Below are positions 19,320-29,552 of a DNA stretch of 64,000 nucleotides, piece by piece. A program made the position numbers and the translations under genes. This DNA is from Treponema sp. UBA3870. GTDB taxonomy: Bacteria; Spirochaetota; Spirochaetia; Treponematales; Treponemataceae. Position 1 is the stretch's first letter. The number at the start of each line of letters is the position of its first letter. The notes below the pieces were generated by a model, which saw nothing but the letters and a program-made list of their open reading frames with translations, was not told the origin of the DNA and did not search any database. The stretch is taken from the NCBI GenBank assembly GCA_002392275.1, contig DGGQ01000107.1, positions 3,781 to 67,780 on the forward strand, given 5' to 3'.

Positions 19320-20345
19320 TTATTGTATTTCAAGCCAGTCCCAGAAACTGACATCTTCCTGTCCAATCCTCCAGAATCCAATCTTGTCTATGTTGTTGTC
19401 GGCATACATTCTGCATCGCTTGACGAGCGAGTATGCGTCATCGTAGTAGGCCGTCACATGGATGTTTTTGTCGAATTCAAAAAAAGGTATGGAATCATCG
19501 CGCCTGACTGATGAAATATTGTTTTCGTTCATTATCCTTTCCATGCTTGTGAAAATCCATGCTGTTCCGTAGCTGTCGTTCTGCCATGAGCGTCCATAGA
19601 ACGGGAGACCAAGCACAAGTTTTTCCTTGGGAATTACGGATGTAGTATATTTTGCGACCCTCCTGCACCATTCCATGCTTGCGACCGGACCTGGACTTCC
19701 TCCGGACCAGTGCTCGTCGTAGGCCATAATCAAAATCCTGTCAACAATTGGAGCGATTGTCCTGTAGTCGTAGATTTCATCACTGTAGCTTCGTGTTCTT
19801 GCTGCGAGTGCCACCGAAAATATTTTTCCTTCGGGGAGAGCCTTTTTTACATCCTTCAGGAACAGAATAAAATTGTCCCTGTCCCTTGCGCCGACATTTT
19901 CAAAATCAATCTGGATGCCGTCGTAGCTTTTTGATGCCGCGACTATTGCGTTTATTATTCCCTGCCTGCATTTTCCGTTCGGGTCTATGCTGAAATGTGT
20001 GAGCGCCTTTCCAGTGCATGTGACTACAAGATGGATGCGTCCATTGAATCCAGAGAACCTGCGTGGATTTGGAATGTAAGTGATTTCTCCATAGCTGTTG
20101 ACATCCGCGCTAAAATAACAGAGGTCGGTGATTGGCATGTCGTTGGTAAAGTATTTTTCCCGGTCCGTCATAACATAGCCCCAGGATTCCTTGAACTTGA
20201 GTTTTTCTCCGTCAATCTCTGGCCGCCTTGAGCTTCCGTTGTTTGCGGATGTTCCCGAAGCCGCATTTCCTCCCGCAGCGAACATTGGAGCAGAAACCAC
20301 AAGTCCCAGTACCAGCGCGATTGTTCTTCTAATCACTTTTTTCAT
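19320..20345 (-). CDS. Secreted glycoside hydrolase family 18
   Basis: DGIQIDFE catalytic motif, MAYDEHW, LGLPFYG, WRIGQED. Confidence 0.88.
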   Translation of the reverse strand: MKKVIRRTIALVLGLVVSAPMFAAGGNAASGTSANNGSSRRPEIDGEKLKFKESWGYVMTDREKYFTNDMPITDLCYFSADVNSYGEITYIPNPRRFSGFNGRIHLVVTCTGKALTHFSIDPNGKCRQGIINAIVAASKSYDGIQIDFENVGARDRDNFILFLKDVKKALPEGKIFSVALAARTRSYSDEIYDYRTIAPIVDRILIMAYDEHWSGGSPGPVASMEWCRRVAKYTTSVIPKEKLVLGLPFYGRSWQNDSYGTAWIFTSMERIMNENNISSVRRDDSIPFFEFDKNIHVTAYYDDAYSLVKRCRMYADNNIDKIGFWRIGQEDVSFWDWLEIQ

Positions 20346-20360
20346 TTGACCCTCCCTCCA

Positions 20361-23300
20361 TTATGGCATGTGTATTATCTCTCTAGGTTTGCTTCCGTTT
20401 GCAGGTCCTACAATTCCCCGCTCCTCCATTTCTTCAACAAGACGGGCCGCCCTGTTGTATCCAATTTTCAGTCTGCGCTGAATGTATGACGCGGATGCTT
20501 TTCCCGCCTGGACGACAATATCCAGAGCTTTTTCGTAAAGCGGGTCCTCCGCATCTGGATTGAAGAGAGACTCGTCGTCCGAATCCTCATCCTCGTCGTC
20601 GTCAATAAAAATCTCGTCGTCGATATACTCTGGTTCGCCCCATGCCTTTACTGCGTTAACTATGTTCTCAACTTCCTGGTCGCTGACAAAAGTACCCTGT
20701 ATTCGGATGGGGAAGGGGTCCGTGGCTGATGTGTAGAGCATGTCTCCTTTGCCCAAAAGTTTTTCCGCACCCGGCAGGTCCAGAATGATGCGGCTGTCGA
20801 TTTTGCTCGCAACCATAAATGCTATGCGGCTTGGAATGTTCGCCTTGATTAGACCGGTGATTACATCGATTGAAGGTCGCTGTGTCGCCAGGACAAGGTG
20901 GATTCCGACCGCTCGGCTCATTGCTGCAAGTCTGCTGACAATCCCCTCAAGCTGTTTTCCGGTGGTCGCCATCAAATCCGCGAACTCGTCGATTATTACA
21001 ATCAGATATGGCAGCTTTTCAGTTGCAATGTGCTTTGCGACAATCTTTTCGTTGTAGGAGGAGATGTCCCTTACAGACATTCCATCAAGAAGCGCGTACC
21101 GCCTTTCCATTTCGCAGAGACAATACTGGAGCGCCTGCATTGCCCTTTTTGGCTCGGTGATTACCGGGGTCAACAGATGCGGGATGTCATTGTAGAGTTT
21201 AAGCTCGACAATCTTTGGGTCGATTAAAATCATTTTAACATCGCGCGGGCTTCGTTTATAGAGCATGCTCACAATCATGCTGTTGACGCAGACAGATTTT
21301 CCGGCTCCGGTCGCTCCCGCAATCAAAAGATGTGGTGTCTTTACCAAATCAATAATCTGGGAATTTCCCTGGATGTCCTTTCCAAGAACCACCGGCACAC
21401 CCATTTTGCTCCACTCGGGTCTGTCAGTTTCAAGGCACTCCCTTATGGAGATTATTGCCCTTGACGAATTTGGAACCTCGATTCCGACTGCATGTTTCCC
21501 CGGAATTGGCGCGACGATGCGGACCGAATTTGCCGCAAGGCGTAGGGCAATATTGTCTGCCAGTGCCGCAATCCTGTTGAGCTTGATTCCTGGTGCCGGA
21601 AGGATTTCAAACATGGTGATGACCGGTCCCTTTTGGATGCCTGTCACCTCCGCGTCAATTTTGAATTCGGCGAGAGTGTTTTTTAGGTTCTCCGCCGCCG
21701 CTTTTGTTTCGTCATCGATAATCCAGTACGGATTGTCCTCGTATACGGTCAGAAGGTCGTATGGAATGTTGTAGACCGATTTCCATTCCGCCGATTTTGG
21801 GGGCTGTTTTTTTTCTTCACGGAAAACATAGTCCACTGGCGCTCCACCATTTTCTTCTTCGGAAAAATCCTCCGGGTCATCCGTGTCGTCCTGATACGAG
21901 TCCTCGGCCTCAACTTCAACGGAAAGCTCCTCGTCCTCGGCTGCATCGGAAAGAAGAGGCTGGGCTTCATCCTGGTCCGAATCAACCCCGGAAATTACTT
22001 CGTCGTCAATAAAATTGCTGCCCGCGAGAGGGTCCAGATCCTGCTCCAGATTGATGCTTGAGTCTGTGACAATTTCATGCTCAAAATCCTGTTCCGAATC
22101 AATGAACGAATCTGAATCAACATCTGGCTCTGGATTTCCAAAGACATAATCAAGCTTCGGGGATTGCTTTGGCTCCTCGGCTTTGGACTGTTTTTCAGCT
22201 TCCCTGGCTGCCTTCAATGCTTCCGCGCGTGCGATGAATGACTTGTGGCGTTGCTGGATTTCCGACAGATTTTCATCAACATTCAAAATGCCCTGGTGGA
22301 CTGGGTTCTGGACATTCGTATTTTGCTCCGATGTATGTGAATCTTCAGTCGCTTTGTTCTCGGGCTGCGTGTCTTCAATCTGTGTGGAGAAGCGAGACTT
22401 GTACTGCGGGTCGTTTTCAATATTTTCCCTAACGTCGCGGTCCATCTTTGCGAACACATCGTTCAGGTCTGCTCCGGCTGTGGACACTTCGGATTTTAGG
22501 TCGGGAACAAAATTGAATTCGCTGGGCTTGCGTGTTTTTGCTTTAAGCTCCTCGCGGATTTGGGCATAGAGTTTTTCTTCGCGTAGTTTTTTCTGATGCT
22601 CGGCTTCCGCTTTTTCCGCTTCGATTTTGGCAAGTCTTTCCTCTTCGTATTCTGCCATGCGCTGGGCCGGGGTCTTCTGATTTTCGTTTCCGTTTATTCT
22701 GTTGCGGATTTGCGTAAGGAAGGATTCTGTGTTTTCCTCCTGATACTCATCCTCGTTTTCATAATCATTCTGTTTTTCAGCTTCGATTGGTTCCGGGGCC
22801 TCATCCTCAAAATCTTGGTCATCGTCAATGAAGGAGCCAAGGGAATCATCCTGCGCGGAATCCTCCGGGTACTTGAATTTTTCGAGAAAGTCATTTTCGT
22901 CGCGTGTCTGGTTCTGTCTCTCGAACATCCCGATTATGTCTTCTTCATCGGCCTCGTTGGTTTCGAACTCGGAGTTTTCGAACTCGGATATGTCGATTTC
23001 CTCTGTGTTCTGGTCCAGCTCTTCCTGCTGATGTTCGTCTTTGTCATCCCTTTCGTCAACAATGATGGTCGGATTTTTCTGGCTGTACTCCAGGGTGCTC
23101 TGCGGCTCATAGGGTGCGCCCGGAACAATTGTGTTCTGTACTTTCTGTCGTGGTGGCAAATCAAGGTCGGAATAGTCGTCTTCCTTGAGGACAACCCTTT
23201 CGGCAGGCTTTTTGAAAAAGTCGTTGATGTCCACGGCCTCGGTTTCCACGGTGGACTCGGGAGTGCCTGTGGATGCAGAATTTTCTTTATCCTGCATCTC

Positions 23301-24224
23301 CCCGTAGTCCATTATGTCCTTGTACTTGCTCTGCGCCTTTTTGAAAAGATTTTTGAACGGACGCACAATCTTTTGCCCCACGGTGGTAGGTTCATCTTCC
23401 TCTTCAATCTGGGAAATGTCGTCGTCCCCGGAATCTACAAGAAGAGTTTTCTTTTCCTCAAAAAAGTCATCCGAGACGGTTGGAGCCTGGAACTCATCGT
23501 TGTCATCATCTTCGTCGGACTCGTCGCCGTAGTTTTCTCTGTTTTCCTCTTCAAGAACGATTTCGACTGTGCTTGATGGATTTTCAAACGAGCGTCCCGG
23601 TGCTGCGGTCAGTCCGGATTCTTTTTTTGTGAAGGACTTGAATTTTTCTGCAACGCTGTTTATGAATCTTGTCAGGGCGTTCTCTTTTTCTTCCCCATCT
23701 GCGGACGGATTTTCGGTGGACCGGCGTTCAAAGACTGGCGCGCTTGTCACGTTGGAGCTTTTGTTTGTGGCCATCCGTTTTTTCATCTTGCCCGCGATTA
23801 TTATCGTTATCAGGTACTCCACCGCAATCAGGAGTATTGCGACCACGGAAAGCAGGGTGATTTTTACAAAGGCGATAGCATGTGACTCTCCTGTTAGGGA
23901 CGAGCGAATCAGTTTTTCCACCAAAACCAGAGTCATAAATGGCAGTGGGGAGACAATCAGACACATGGCCCTCTGCACCGACCATCTTGAATCAAAACAG
24001 AATGCTCCCGCAACGATGAAGAAAAGCGGAATCAGCAGACTGCAAAATCCATAGGCGGAATAAAGCATGTGCCCAAGATTGAGGAACGCACCCCTTTCGG
24101 AGGATTCCGTGCCGTAGTCAAAAATCCGAAGAAAAATTGCTATTGTGAAAATAGCTGCGAGAATAAAAAGAAGTGAGCCGGCCACGATAGACGCGATCCG
24201 CTCTTTTTTGATTCGTTTTGTCAT
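20361..24224 (-). CDS. ftsK: DNA translocase FtsK
   Basis: N-terminal TMs, long acidic linker, AGATGAGKS, IIDEFADL, LATQRPS, gamma domain QRRLKIGYNRAARL. Confidence 0.96.
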   Translation of the reverse strand: MTKRIKKERIASIVAGSLLFILAAIFTIAIFLRIFDYGTESSERGAFLNLGHMLYSAYGFCSLLIPLFFIVAGAFCFDSRWSVQRAMCLIVSPLPFMTLVLVEKLIRSSLTGESHAIAFVKITLLSVVAILLIAVEYLITIIIAGKMKKRMATNKSSNVTSAPVFERRSTENPSADGEEKENALTRFINSVAEKFKSFTKKESGLTAAPGRSFENPSSTVEIVLEEENRENYGDESDEDDDNDEFQAPTVSDDFFEEKKTLLVDSGDDDISQIEEEDEPTTVGQKIVRPFKNLFKKAQSKYKDIMDYGEMQDKENSASTGTPESTVETEAVDINDFFKKPAERVVLKEDDYSDLDLPPRQKVQNTIVPGAPYEPQSTLEYSQKNPTIIVDERDDKDEHQQEELDQNTEEIDISEFENSEFETNEADEEDIIGMFERQNQTRDENDFLEKFKYPEDSAQDDSLGSFIDDDQDFEDEAPEPIEAEKQNDYENEDEYQEENTESFLTQIRNRINGNENQKTPAQRMAEYEEERLAKIEAEKAEAEHQKKLREEKLYAQIREELKAKTRKPSEFNFVPDLKSEVSTAGADLNDVFAKMDRDVRENIENDPQYKSRFSTQIEDTQPENKATEDSHTSEQNTNVQNPVHQGILNVDENLSEIQQRHKSFIARAEALKAAREAEKQSKAEEPKQSPKLDYVFGNPEPDVDSDSFIDSEQDFEHEIVTDSSINLEQDLDPLAGSNFIDDEVISGVDSDQDEAQPLLSDAAEDEELSVEVEAEDSYQDDTDDPEDFSEEENGGAPVDYVFREEKKQPPKSAEWKSVYNIPYDLLTVYEDNPYWIIDDETKAAAENLKNTLAEFKIDAEVTGIQKGPVITMFEILPAPGIKLNRIAALADNIALRLAANSVRIVAPIPGKHAVGIEVPNSSRAIISIRECLETDRPEWSKMGVPVVLGKDIQGNSQIIDLVKTPHLLIAGATGAGKSVCVNSMIVSMLYKRSPRDVKMILIDPKIVELKLYNDIPHLLTPVITEPKRAMQALQYCLCEMERRYALLDGMSVRDISSYNEKIVAKHIATEKLPYLIVIIDEFADLMATTGKQLEGIVSRLAAMSRAVGIHLVLATQRPSIDVITGLIKANIPSRIAFMVASKIDSRIILDLPGAEKLLGKGDMLYTSATDPFPIRIQGTFVSDQEVENIVNAVKAWGEPEYIDDEIFIDDDEDEDSDDESLFNPDAEDPLYEKALDIVVQAGKASASYIQRRLKIGYNRAARLVEEMEERGIVGPANGSKPREIIHMP

Positions 24225-24444
24225 ATCCCACCCATTTTTTATTTTGAATGCGGAAGTCCCCACTTCCGTGCGGCAAAGAATTTTTGGTCCCTGCCACAAA
24301 TTCAAAATTATCCCCTTGTTGCGCAATGAGATTTTATGTCCATTGTCGGCAAAAAAAGTGAATTCCAAAAGACCATGGCCTTTGAGGAACCCACTCGTTT
24401 TATATTATATAAAGATTCCAAAAAAATGGAAGGGGTTGAAGGAC

Positions 24445-24473
24445 TTGAAAATAAAATAATCTGGATTTATAAT
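24445..24473 (+). promoter_or_regulatory. Sigma70 promoter of rsmI (probably leaderless)
   Basis: TTGAAA-17-TATAAT, 6 nt before the GTG. Confidence 0.65.
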
Positions 24474-24479
24474 ATCTGC

Positions 24480-25235
24480 GTGTCGGAACTATACATTGTA
24501 GGAACGCCAATTGGGAATCTGGGGGACATCACGTTCAGGGCCTTGGAAACACTAAAGTCCGTGGATGTTGTTGCGGCGGAGGACACCAGGCACACTCTTG
24601 AACTTCTAAGCCATTTTGAAATCCGCAAACCCATGCTCAGCTGTCGATCCCAAAACGAAAAGACTGCCTCTGAAAAAATAATTGCCCTTCTGGACGAGGG
24701 TAAGACCGTTGCGTATGCCAGCGATGCCGGGGAGCCTGGAATTTCGGACCCTGGGGCTGTTCTGGCGGGAGAGGTTCGCAAGGCCGGGCACAAGGTTGTT
24801 CCAATTCCGGGACCGAGCGCGTTTGCGACCCTTGTTTCTGTGGCGGGATGTGGTGGCAAGACCCTTGTTTTTGAGGGATTCCTTTCTCCAAAACCCGGCA
24901 GAAGGCGAAAGAGGCTGCGCGAGCTTATGGCAATGGATGCCGCCGTGGTGGTCTACGAAAGTCCGTTCAGGGTGGTAAAACTTTTGACCGACATTGCTGA
25001 AATTGACCCAGACAGGCGTATTGTTGTGGGTCGTGAGCTGACAAAACTCCACGAGGAGATAAACGACGGAACTGCCAGCGAGATTCTTGCGGATTATTCA
25101 GGCAGGACTAAAGTTTTGGGAGAATTTGCAATATTTATTTCCGAATCTTTTGATGCGCAATCTTCTAATAAAAATGTTAAACTTTTAGATAGTGACTCCG
25201 ATAATAATAGGGAGGAAGGTTACTATGATGATTGA
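24480..25235 (+). CDS. rsmI: 16S rRNA C1402 2'-O-methyltransferase
   Basis: LYIVGTPIGNLGDIT, AEDTR, SDAGEPGISDPG, RELTKLHEE. Confidence 0.95.
   Translation: MSELYIVGTPIGNLGDITFRALETLKSVDVVAAEDTRHTLELLSHFEIRKPMLSCRSQNEKTASEKIIALLDEGKTVAYASDAGEPGISDPGAVLAGEVRKAGHKVVPIPGPSAFATLVSVAGCGGKTLVFEGFLSPKPGRRRKRLRELMAMDAAVVVYESPFRVVKLLTDIAEIDPDRRIVVGRELTKLHEEINDGTASEILADYSGRTKVLGEFAIFISESFDAQSSNKNVKLLDSDSDNNREEGYYDD
25178..25204 (+). promoter_or_regulatory. Sigma28 (FliA) promoter of flgM
   Basis: TAAA-15 nt-TCCGATAA within the 3' end of rsmI. Confidence 0.75.
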
Positions 25236-25512
25236 CAAGATTTCAAGAGTAGAATCTCTAAACAACCTCCAGAACGTAAAACGCTCTAACAACGTTTCAA
25301 GTCTGAAGGCCGGGTCTGACGAAATCAATGTATCCGACGAAGCAAGGGAACTCGCGACCGAATACTACATGGGAAAGGTTGCCGATGAGACACCGGATGT
25401 TCGCCAGAACTTGATTGAGCAGATAAAAATCAAGATCCAGGATCCTAACTACCTGAACGCGGAGACAATTGCGGCTACGGCTGACCGCATCATGGATGCT
25501 TACGGATTGTAA
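25225..25512 (+). CDS. flgM: Anti-sigma28 factor FlgM
   Basis: DEINVSDEA...PDVRQNLIEQIKIKIQDPNY...ADRI pattern, GGAGG RBS, sigma28 promoter. Confidence 0.85.
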   Translation: MMIDKISRVESLNNLQNVKRSNNVSSLKAGSDEINVSDEARELATEYYMGKVADETPDVRQNLIEQIKIKIQDPNYLNAETIAATADRIMDAYGL

Positions 25513-25543
25513 GAACGGTCTGTGGACGCAGTTTTTGCGGATT

Positions 25544-25660
25544 AAGGGGTTGGCTCTAAAGTAACGGGTGGAGTGTTAAAACTAAATCTTGAGCGTAAAT
25601 CACACAAGGTTTAGCTTCAGAACAGCGTGGGGTTTACGGATTTGTAGTTTTAAACTTCTT
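25544..25660 (+). ncRNA. Candidate rod-shaped structured RNA downstream of flgM
   Basis: Nested pairings AAGGGGTT/AACTTCTT, GGCTCTAAA/TTTGTAGTT, GTAA/TTAC, CTAAATCTTG/CAAGGTTTAG. Confidence 0.4.
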
Positions 25661-25662
25661 GG

Positions 25663-25694
25663 AAAGGGCGGATTTTTTTCCGTCCTTTTTTTTT
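25663..25694 (+). terminator. Intrinsic terminator
   Basis: AAAGGGCGGA...TCCGTCCTTT followed by a T-run. Confidence 0.8.
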
Positions 25695-25811
25695 GCTCTT
25701 CCTTTTTGTTCGGGGGATTAAGAATCGGCTCGGATTTTCCGTTAATAGATTAAGGGAATGTTGGTTAACCAGCACTTCTTTTGGGCAGTGTCGCGCTGTC
25801 GGGAGTTTTAA

Positions 25812-26960
25812 ATGTCTGATTTTATATTCAAGATTCAGCCCAACATTGTTTTGGGTTCGTATACCACAAGCCGTCTGGGGCAGTACGTAAAGGATTTTGG
25901 CAGCAAGTTCATGGTTGTGATGGACCCTGTGCTGAAGCAGGTTGGCAACGCGGAAAAGGTCATCAAATCTTTAGAGGACAGGAAGATTGATTTTTTTGTT
26001 TTTGATGAAATTCCCGGAGTAGCCGACACTCAGGTTATAGAGAATGCACTGAACCTTGCGCGCGAGGCCCACATCCATGGTGTGATTGCGGTCGGTGGTT
26101 CCAAGACTCTGAATGTCGCGAAGGCTGTCTGTGTGCTTTACCACGAGACCCACGAGGTATACGATTTTATCGACGGGGCGAATCCATCAACAGCTCCACT
26201 GCCATTGATTGCGCTTCCTACGACAATACGAGAGCCTTTTATTTTTACGGACAGAACTCCAATTGTGGATGCGCGCTCCTCAAAAATCCGTCTTCTGAAG
26301 GGACAGTTTGGACTCTGCAAGATTGCTCTGTTCGATCCGAACCTTACTGTATCGCTTACCGAAAACCAGATGGCCTCCATGGCGATTGAGTGTCTGTGTA
26401 TTGCGACCGAGGCATATTTGAGCCAGAAGGCAACATTCTTTAGCGACATGATTGCGGAGAAGGCCGTGGAGCTTTTGAGCTACGCAATGGACGGTTCCCC
26501 GACTTTGACAATCACCACACCGCAGGAAGTCCTTTTCAGCCAGGCGGGTTGTATGGCATCCCTTGCAGCTGCTTCAAGTTCCATAGGCGCGGGTTCGTTG
26601 ATTTCCATGTGCGTGAATTCAAGATACAAGATTACAAAGTCACTTACATCTCTGATTCTGTTCCCATACATCATTGAGGATGCGGCGAAGTTCAGGAAGG
26701 ACCGTCTCGCACATCTTGCCAGAATACTCAGGGCCACCCCGATGGATTCCACCGATGACGACGCTGTTACGGCACTTGTCGAGTATGTCCGCCAGCACAT
26801 TGCCAAGGCAAATCTTCCTGCACGCCTTAAGGATTTGAACGTCACAATCGAGCAGCTGGCGCTTTGCGCGGAGGATGCACAGGATGTTGACTTAATCAAC
26901 ACTCTCCAGAGAAGCATGACCAGCGACGACTTGTTCGACCTGATTAAGCAGGCGTTCTAG
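25812..26960 (+). CDS. Iron-containing alcohol dehydrogenase family protein
   Basis: IAVGGS, IALPTT, FDPNLT motifs; metal-ligand His residues not evident. Confidence 0.8.
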   Translation: MSDFIFKIQPNIVLGSYTTSRLGQYVKDFGSKFMVVMDPVLKQVGNAEKVIKSLEDRKIDFFVFDEIPGVADTQVIENALNLAREAHIHGVIAVGGSKTLNVAKAVCVLYHETHEVYDFIDGANPSTAPLPLIALPTTIREPFIFTDRTPIVDARSSKIRLLKGQFGLCKIALFDPNLTVSLTENQMASMAIECLCIATEAYLSQKATFFSDMIAEKAVELLSYAMDGSPTLTITTPQEVLFSQAGCMASLAAASSSIGAGSLISMCVNSRYKITKSLTSLILFPYIIEDAAKFRKDRLAHLARILRATPMDSTDDDAVTALVEYVRQHIAKANLPARLKDLNVTIEQLALCAEDAQDVDLINTLQRSMTSDDLFDLIKQAF

Positions 26961-26975
26961 TTTTCGGGACAGAAG

Positions 26976-27791
26976 ATGATAGCACCCGACCGTCTTTCGG
27001 AGCTTTCTGCCGGACAAAAAAGACGCAAACTGGCACTGACTTTTGGGGAGCTTGAGCGTGACATTGCTGGTATTGCGGAGAAGGGTACAGAATACAATTT
27101 TCCGTCCATGACACGCAGGGAGTACACCAAGGCCGTGACTCAGGTTGTTCTTGGAGACCCAAAGCTTCCTGCCGACTGTGCCGAAGAACTTGCGGGGCTG
27201 CTTTCCGATGAAAATTTTGATGAAAGGCGTGTGTGCAATCTTGCAAGGAACGCACTTCTTTCTATAATAGGGACATTTCCGGCTGAATGGGATTTGGTTG
27301 TTGCCCCCCACTCAAACGGAGGGACCACCGTTGAAAAGCGAAAGTTCTTTCCAGGTGTGTCTGTCTATGCGGAGGACATCCGCTCGCCGTTCAATCTGGG
27401 GTCAATTTTTAGGACAGCAGAGGCCATGGGCTGCGAGAGTGTTTTTATATCGCCGCACTGCACGGATCCTTCCCAGTCAAAGGCGGTCAGAAGTTCCATG
27501 GGATGCATAGAGACTTTGGGCTACACCAGATGCTCTCTTGATGAAATCCCGGGTGGCTCGGAGATTTTTGTTCTGGAGACAGGCGGAATCCCAATCCAGG
27601 AATTCAAGTTTCCGGAGAGGGGTACGGTTGTTATCGGTTCGGAGGAGCTTGGGGTAAGTCCGGAGGCTCTTTCCAGGGCCGGGAGAAGAATTGTGACAAT
27701 CCCCATGACAGGACTGAAGGCCTCCCTGAATGTTGGGGTGGCGTTTGGAATCCTGATGCAGTATTGGACTGACTATCTCAGGTCAATCTAA
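26976..27791 (+). CDS. TrmH/SpoU family RNA methyltransferase
   Basis: IRSPFNLGSIFRTA, IGSEELGV, IPMTG..SLNVGVA. Confidence 0.9.
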   Translation: MIAPDRLSELSAGQKRRKLALTFGELERDIAGIAEKGTEYNFPSMTRREYTKAVTQVVLGDPKLPADCAEELAGLLSDENFDERRVCNLARNALLSIIGTFPAEWDLVVAPHSNGGTTVEKRKFFPGVSVYAEDIRSPFNLGSIFRTAEAMGCESVFISPHCTDPSQSKAVRSSMGCIETLGYTRCSLDEIPGGSEIFVLETGGIPIQEFKFPERGTVVIGSEELGVSPEALSRAGRRIVTIPMTGLKASLNVGVAFGILMQYWTDYLRSI

Positions 27792-27901
27792 TTTTTGGTT
27801 TTGCTTTAAAAAATGGGGAAAATATGGTAGAATGATGGAATCCGGGAGCGAATGTTTCCCTGGTCCATAAAAATAATAAAAAAGTTTTGAGGAAGAAGGA
27901 T

Positions 27902-29422
27902 ATGGCTCAGGCGGAAAGAATAGAGGTGGACGTATCGAAAATCCGAAAGGCGATTCAGTCGGGGATACCTCTTACAATCACTACATATACTCTCCCGCAC
28001 GAGATGGAGGACTACATAGCCGACGTGCTGAAGGTCTTCCTGACGGAGGTTAGGCAGGACCAGATGGTTGAGAGTCTGTCCTACTGTCTTAAGGAGCTTG
28101 TCAACAACGCCAAAAAAGCCAACACCAAGCGAATCTATTTTGAAGAAAAGGGTCTGGACATCAACAAGCGCAGCGACTACGTGAAGGGGATGCAGACTTT
28201 CAAGCAGGACACCATAGACGACATCGACCATTATTTGCAGGCGCAGAAGGACAGGGGACTCTACATCAAGACGATAATGCAGACTCGCAACAATAAAATC
28301 CGTGTGGAGGTCCGCAACAAGGCTGTCCTTACCTACTATGAGTACAAGAGGGTCCATGACAAAATAACCAGGGCACAGCAGTACAAGTCTGTGGAGGACG
28401 GTCTTGCCCAGCTTCTTGATGATTCCGAGGGCGCGGGTCTTGGTCTGGTGATTATGATTCTGGTCCTCAAAAAAATTGGGCTTGGAGAAGATTCTTACCA
28501 GATTTTCACCGAAGGCGGGGAGACTGTCACAAGGCTGACACTTCCTTTCAACGACAAGATGTGCACCGACATATCGGAGCTTTCCAGCAGGTTTGTCGCT
28601 TTTATCGATGGATTGCCAGAGTTTCCGGAGAATATAAACGAAATCAACAAGGTTATCAACAATCCTGACAGCAAGATGAGCGACATTGCCATGAAGATTT
28701 CGACAGACGTTTCTCTTACGGCGGAGCTTCTCAAGCTGGTCAACTCGGCGACTTTTGCGCTTGCGTCTCCATGCCATTCGATTGGCGATGCTGTAAAACT
28801 GGTTGGAATCCGCGGAATCAAAAATCTGCTTTACTCCATTGGTTCGGTGAAAATTCTTTCCAGCGACGACGACACGGAGCATATCAAGGAACTTTGGGAC
28901 CATTCCTACCAGGTTGCATTCTATTCGTACAATCTTGCCAGAAGTTTTTGCCGGGAGGCTGGCGAAAAGGCTTTTGTTGATGACAGCTATGTCTGTGGAC
29001 TTCTGCACGACATGGGGAAAATCATTTTTGAGACTGCGCATCCCGATATTATGGAAAAGGTTGACGGAATCTGCGTGGAGTATGGTCTTTCGACGGACCT
29101 TTTTGAACGGCTTGTGGCTGGAGTGAACCACGGTGAGATTGGAGCCAAGGTTGCCCGCAAGTGGAATTTCCCGGACATGATAGTAAACACAATCCGCTAT
29201 CACCATTCGCCCGAGACTGCTCCGCTTGAAAACCGTATGCTGGTCGAGATAGTCTGCATTGCCGATTCTTTGGCGCACTACCAGAGCGGGGACATAGAGT
29301 ATGACCAGATGGAAATCCAGCTCATGCGCCGCTATGGAATACAGTCTGAGGATGATGTGAAGGCTATTGTCGAAAAACTGGACAAGGCTATGTGGCGTGA
29401 CAGGGCAAAGGCTGGAATTTAA
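27902..29422 (+). CDS. HDOD-domain protein with N-terminal HATPase-like domain
   Basis: LKELVNNA and GAGLGL motifs; LLKLVNSA, GLLHDMGK, HGEIG, WNFP, IRYHH. Confidence 0.88.
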   Translation: MAQAERIEVDVSKIRKAIQSGIPLTITTYTLPHEMEDYIADVLKVFLTEVRQDQMVESLSYCLKELVNNAKKANTKRIYFEEKGLDINKRSDYVKGMQTFKQDTIDDIDHYLQAQKDRGLYIKTIMQTRNNKIRVEVRNKAVLTYYEYKRVHDKITRAQQYKSVEDGLAQLLDDSEGAGLGLVIMILVLKKIGLGEDSYQIFTEGGETVTRLTLPFNDKMCTDISELSSRFVAFIDGLPEFPENINEINKVINNPDSKMSDIAMKISTDVSLTAELLKLVNSATFALASPCHSIGDAVKLVGIRGIKNLLYSIGSVKILSSDDDTEHIKELWDHSYQVAFYSYNLARSFCREAGEKAFVDDSYVCGLLHDMGKIIFETAHPDIMEKVDGICVEYGLSTDLFERLVAGVNHGEIGAKVARKWNFPDMIVNTIRYHHSPETAPLENRMLVEIVCIADSLAHYQSGDIEYDQMEIQLMRRYGIQSEDDVKAIVEKLDKAMWRDRAKAGI

Positions 29423-29552
29423 ATTTCCTTCCACGGTCAAACTTATGTGGACTGAATGTAAATAAGGTATTATAATAGAAGGACACTGAAATTTACTTAG
29501 TCAGTGGTTCCCCCAAAAAAAAGGAAAGCTCAAAAAACTTTGGTTTTTCGAG

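Noticed and set aside
27806-29440. 544-aa antisense ORF
   Set aside because: Fully overlaps the motif-rich HDOD gene and has no recognisable motifs
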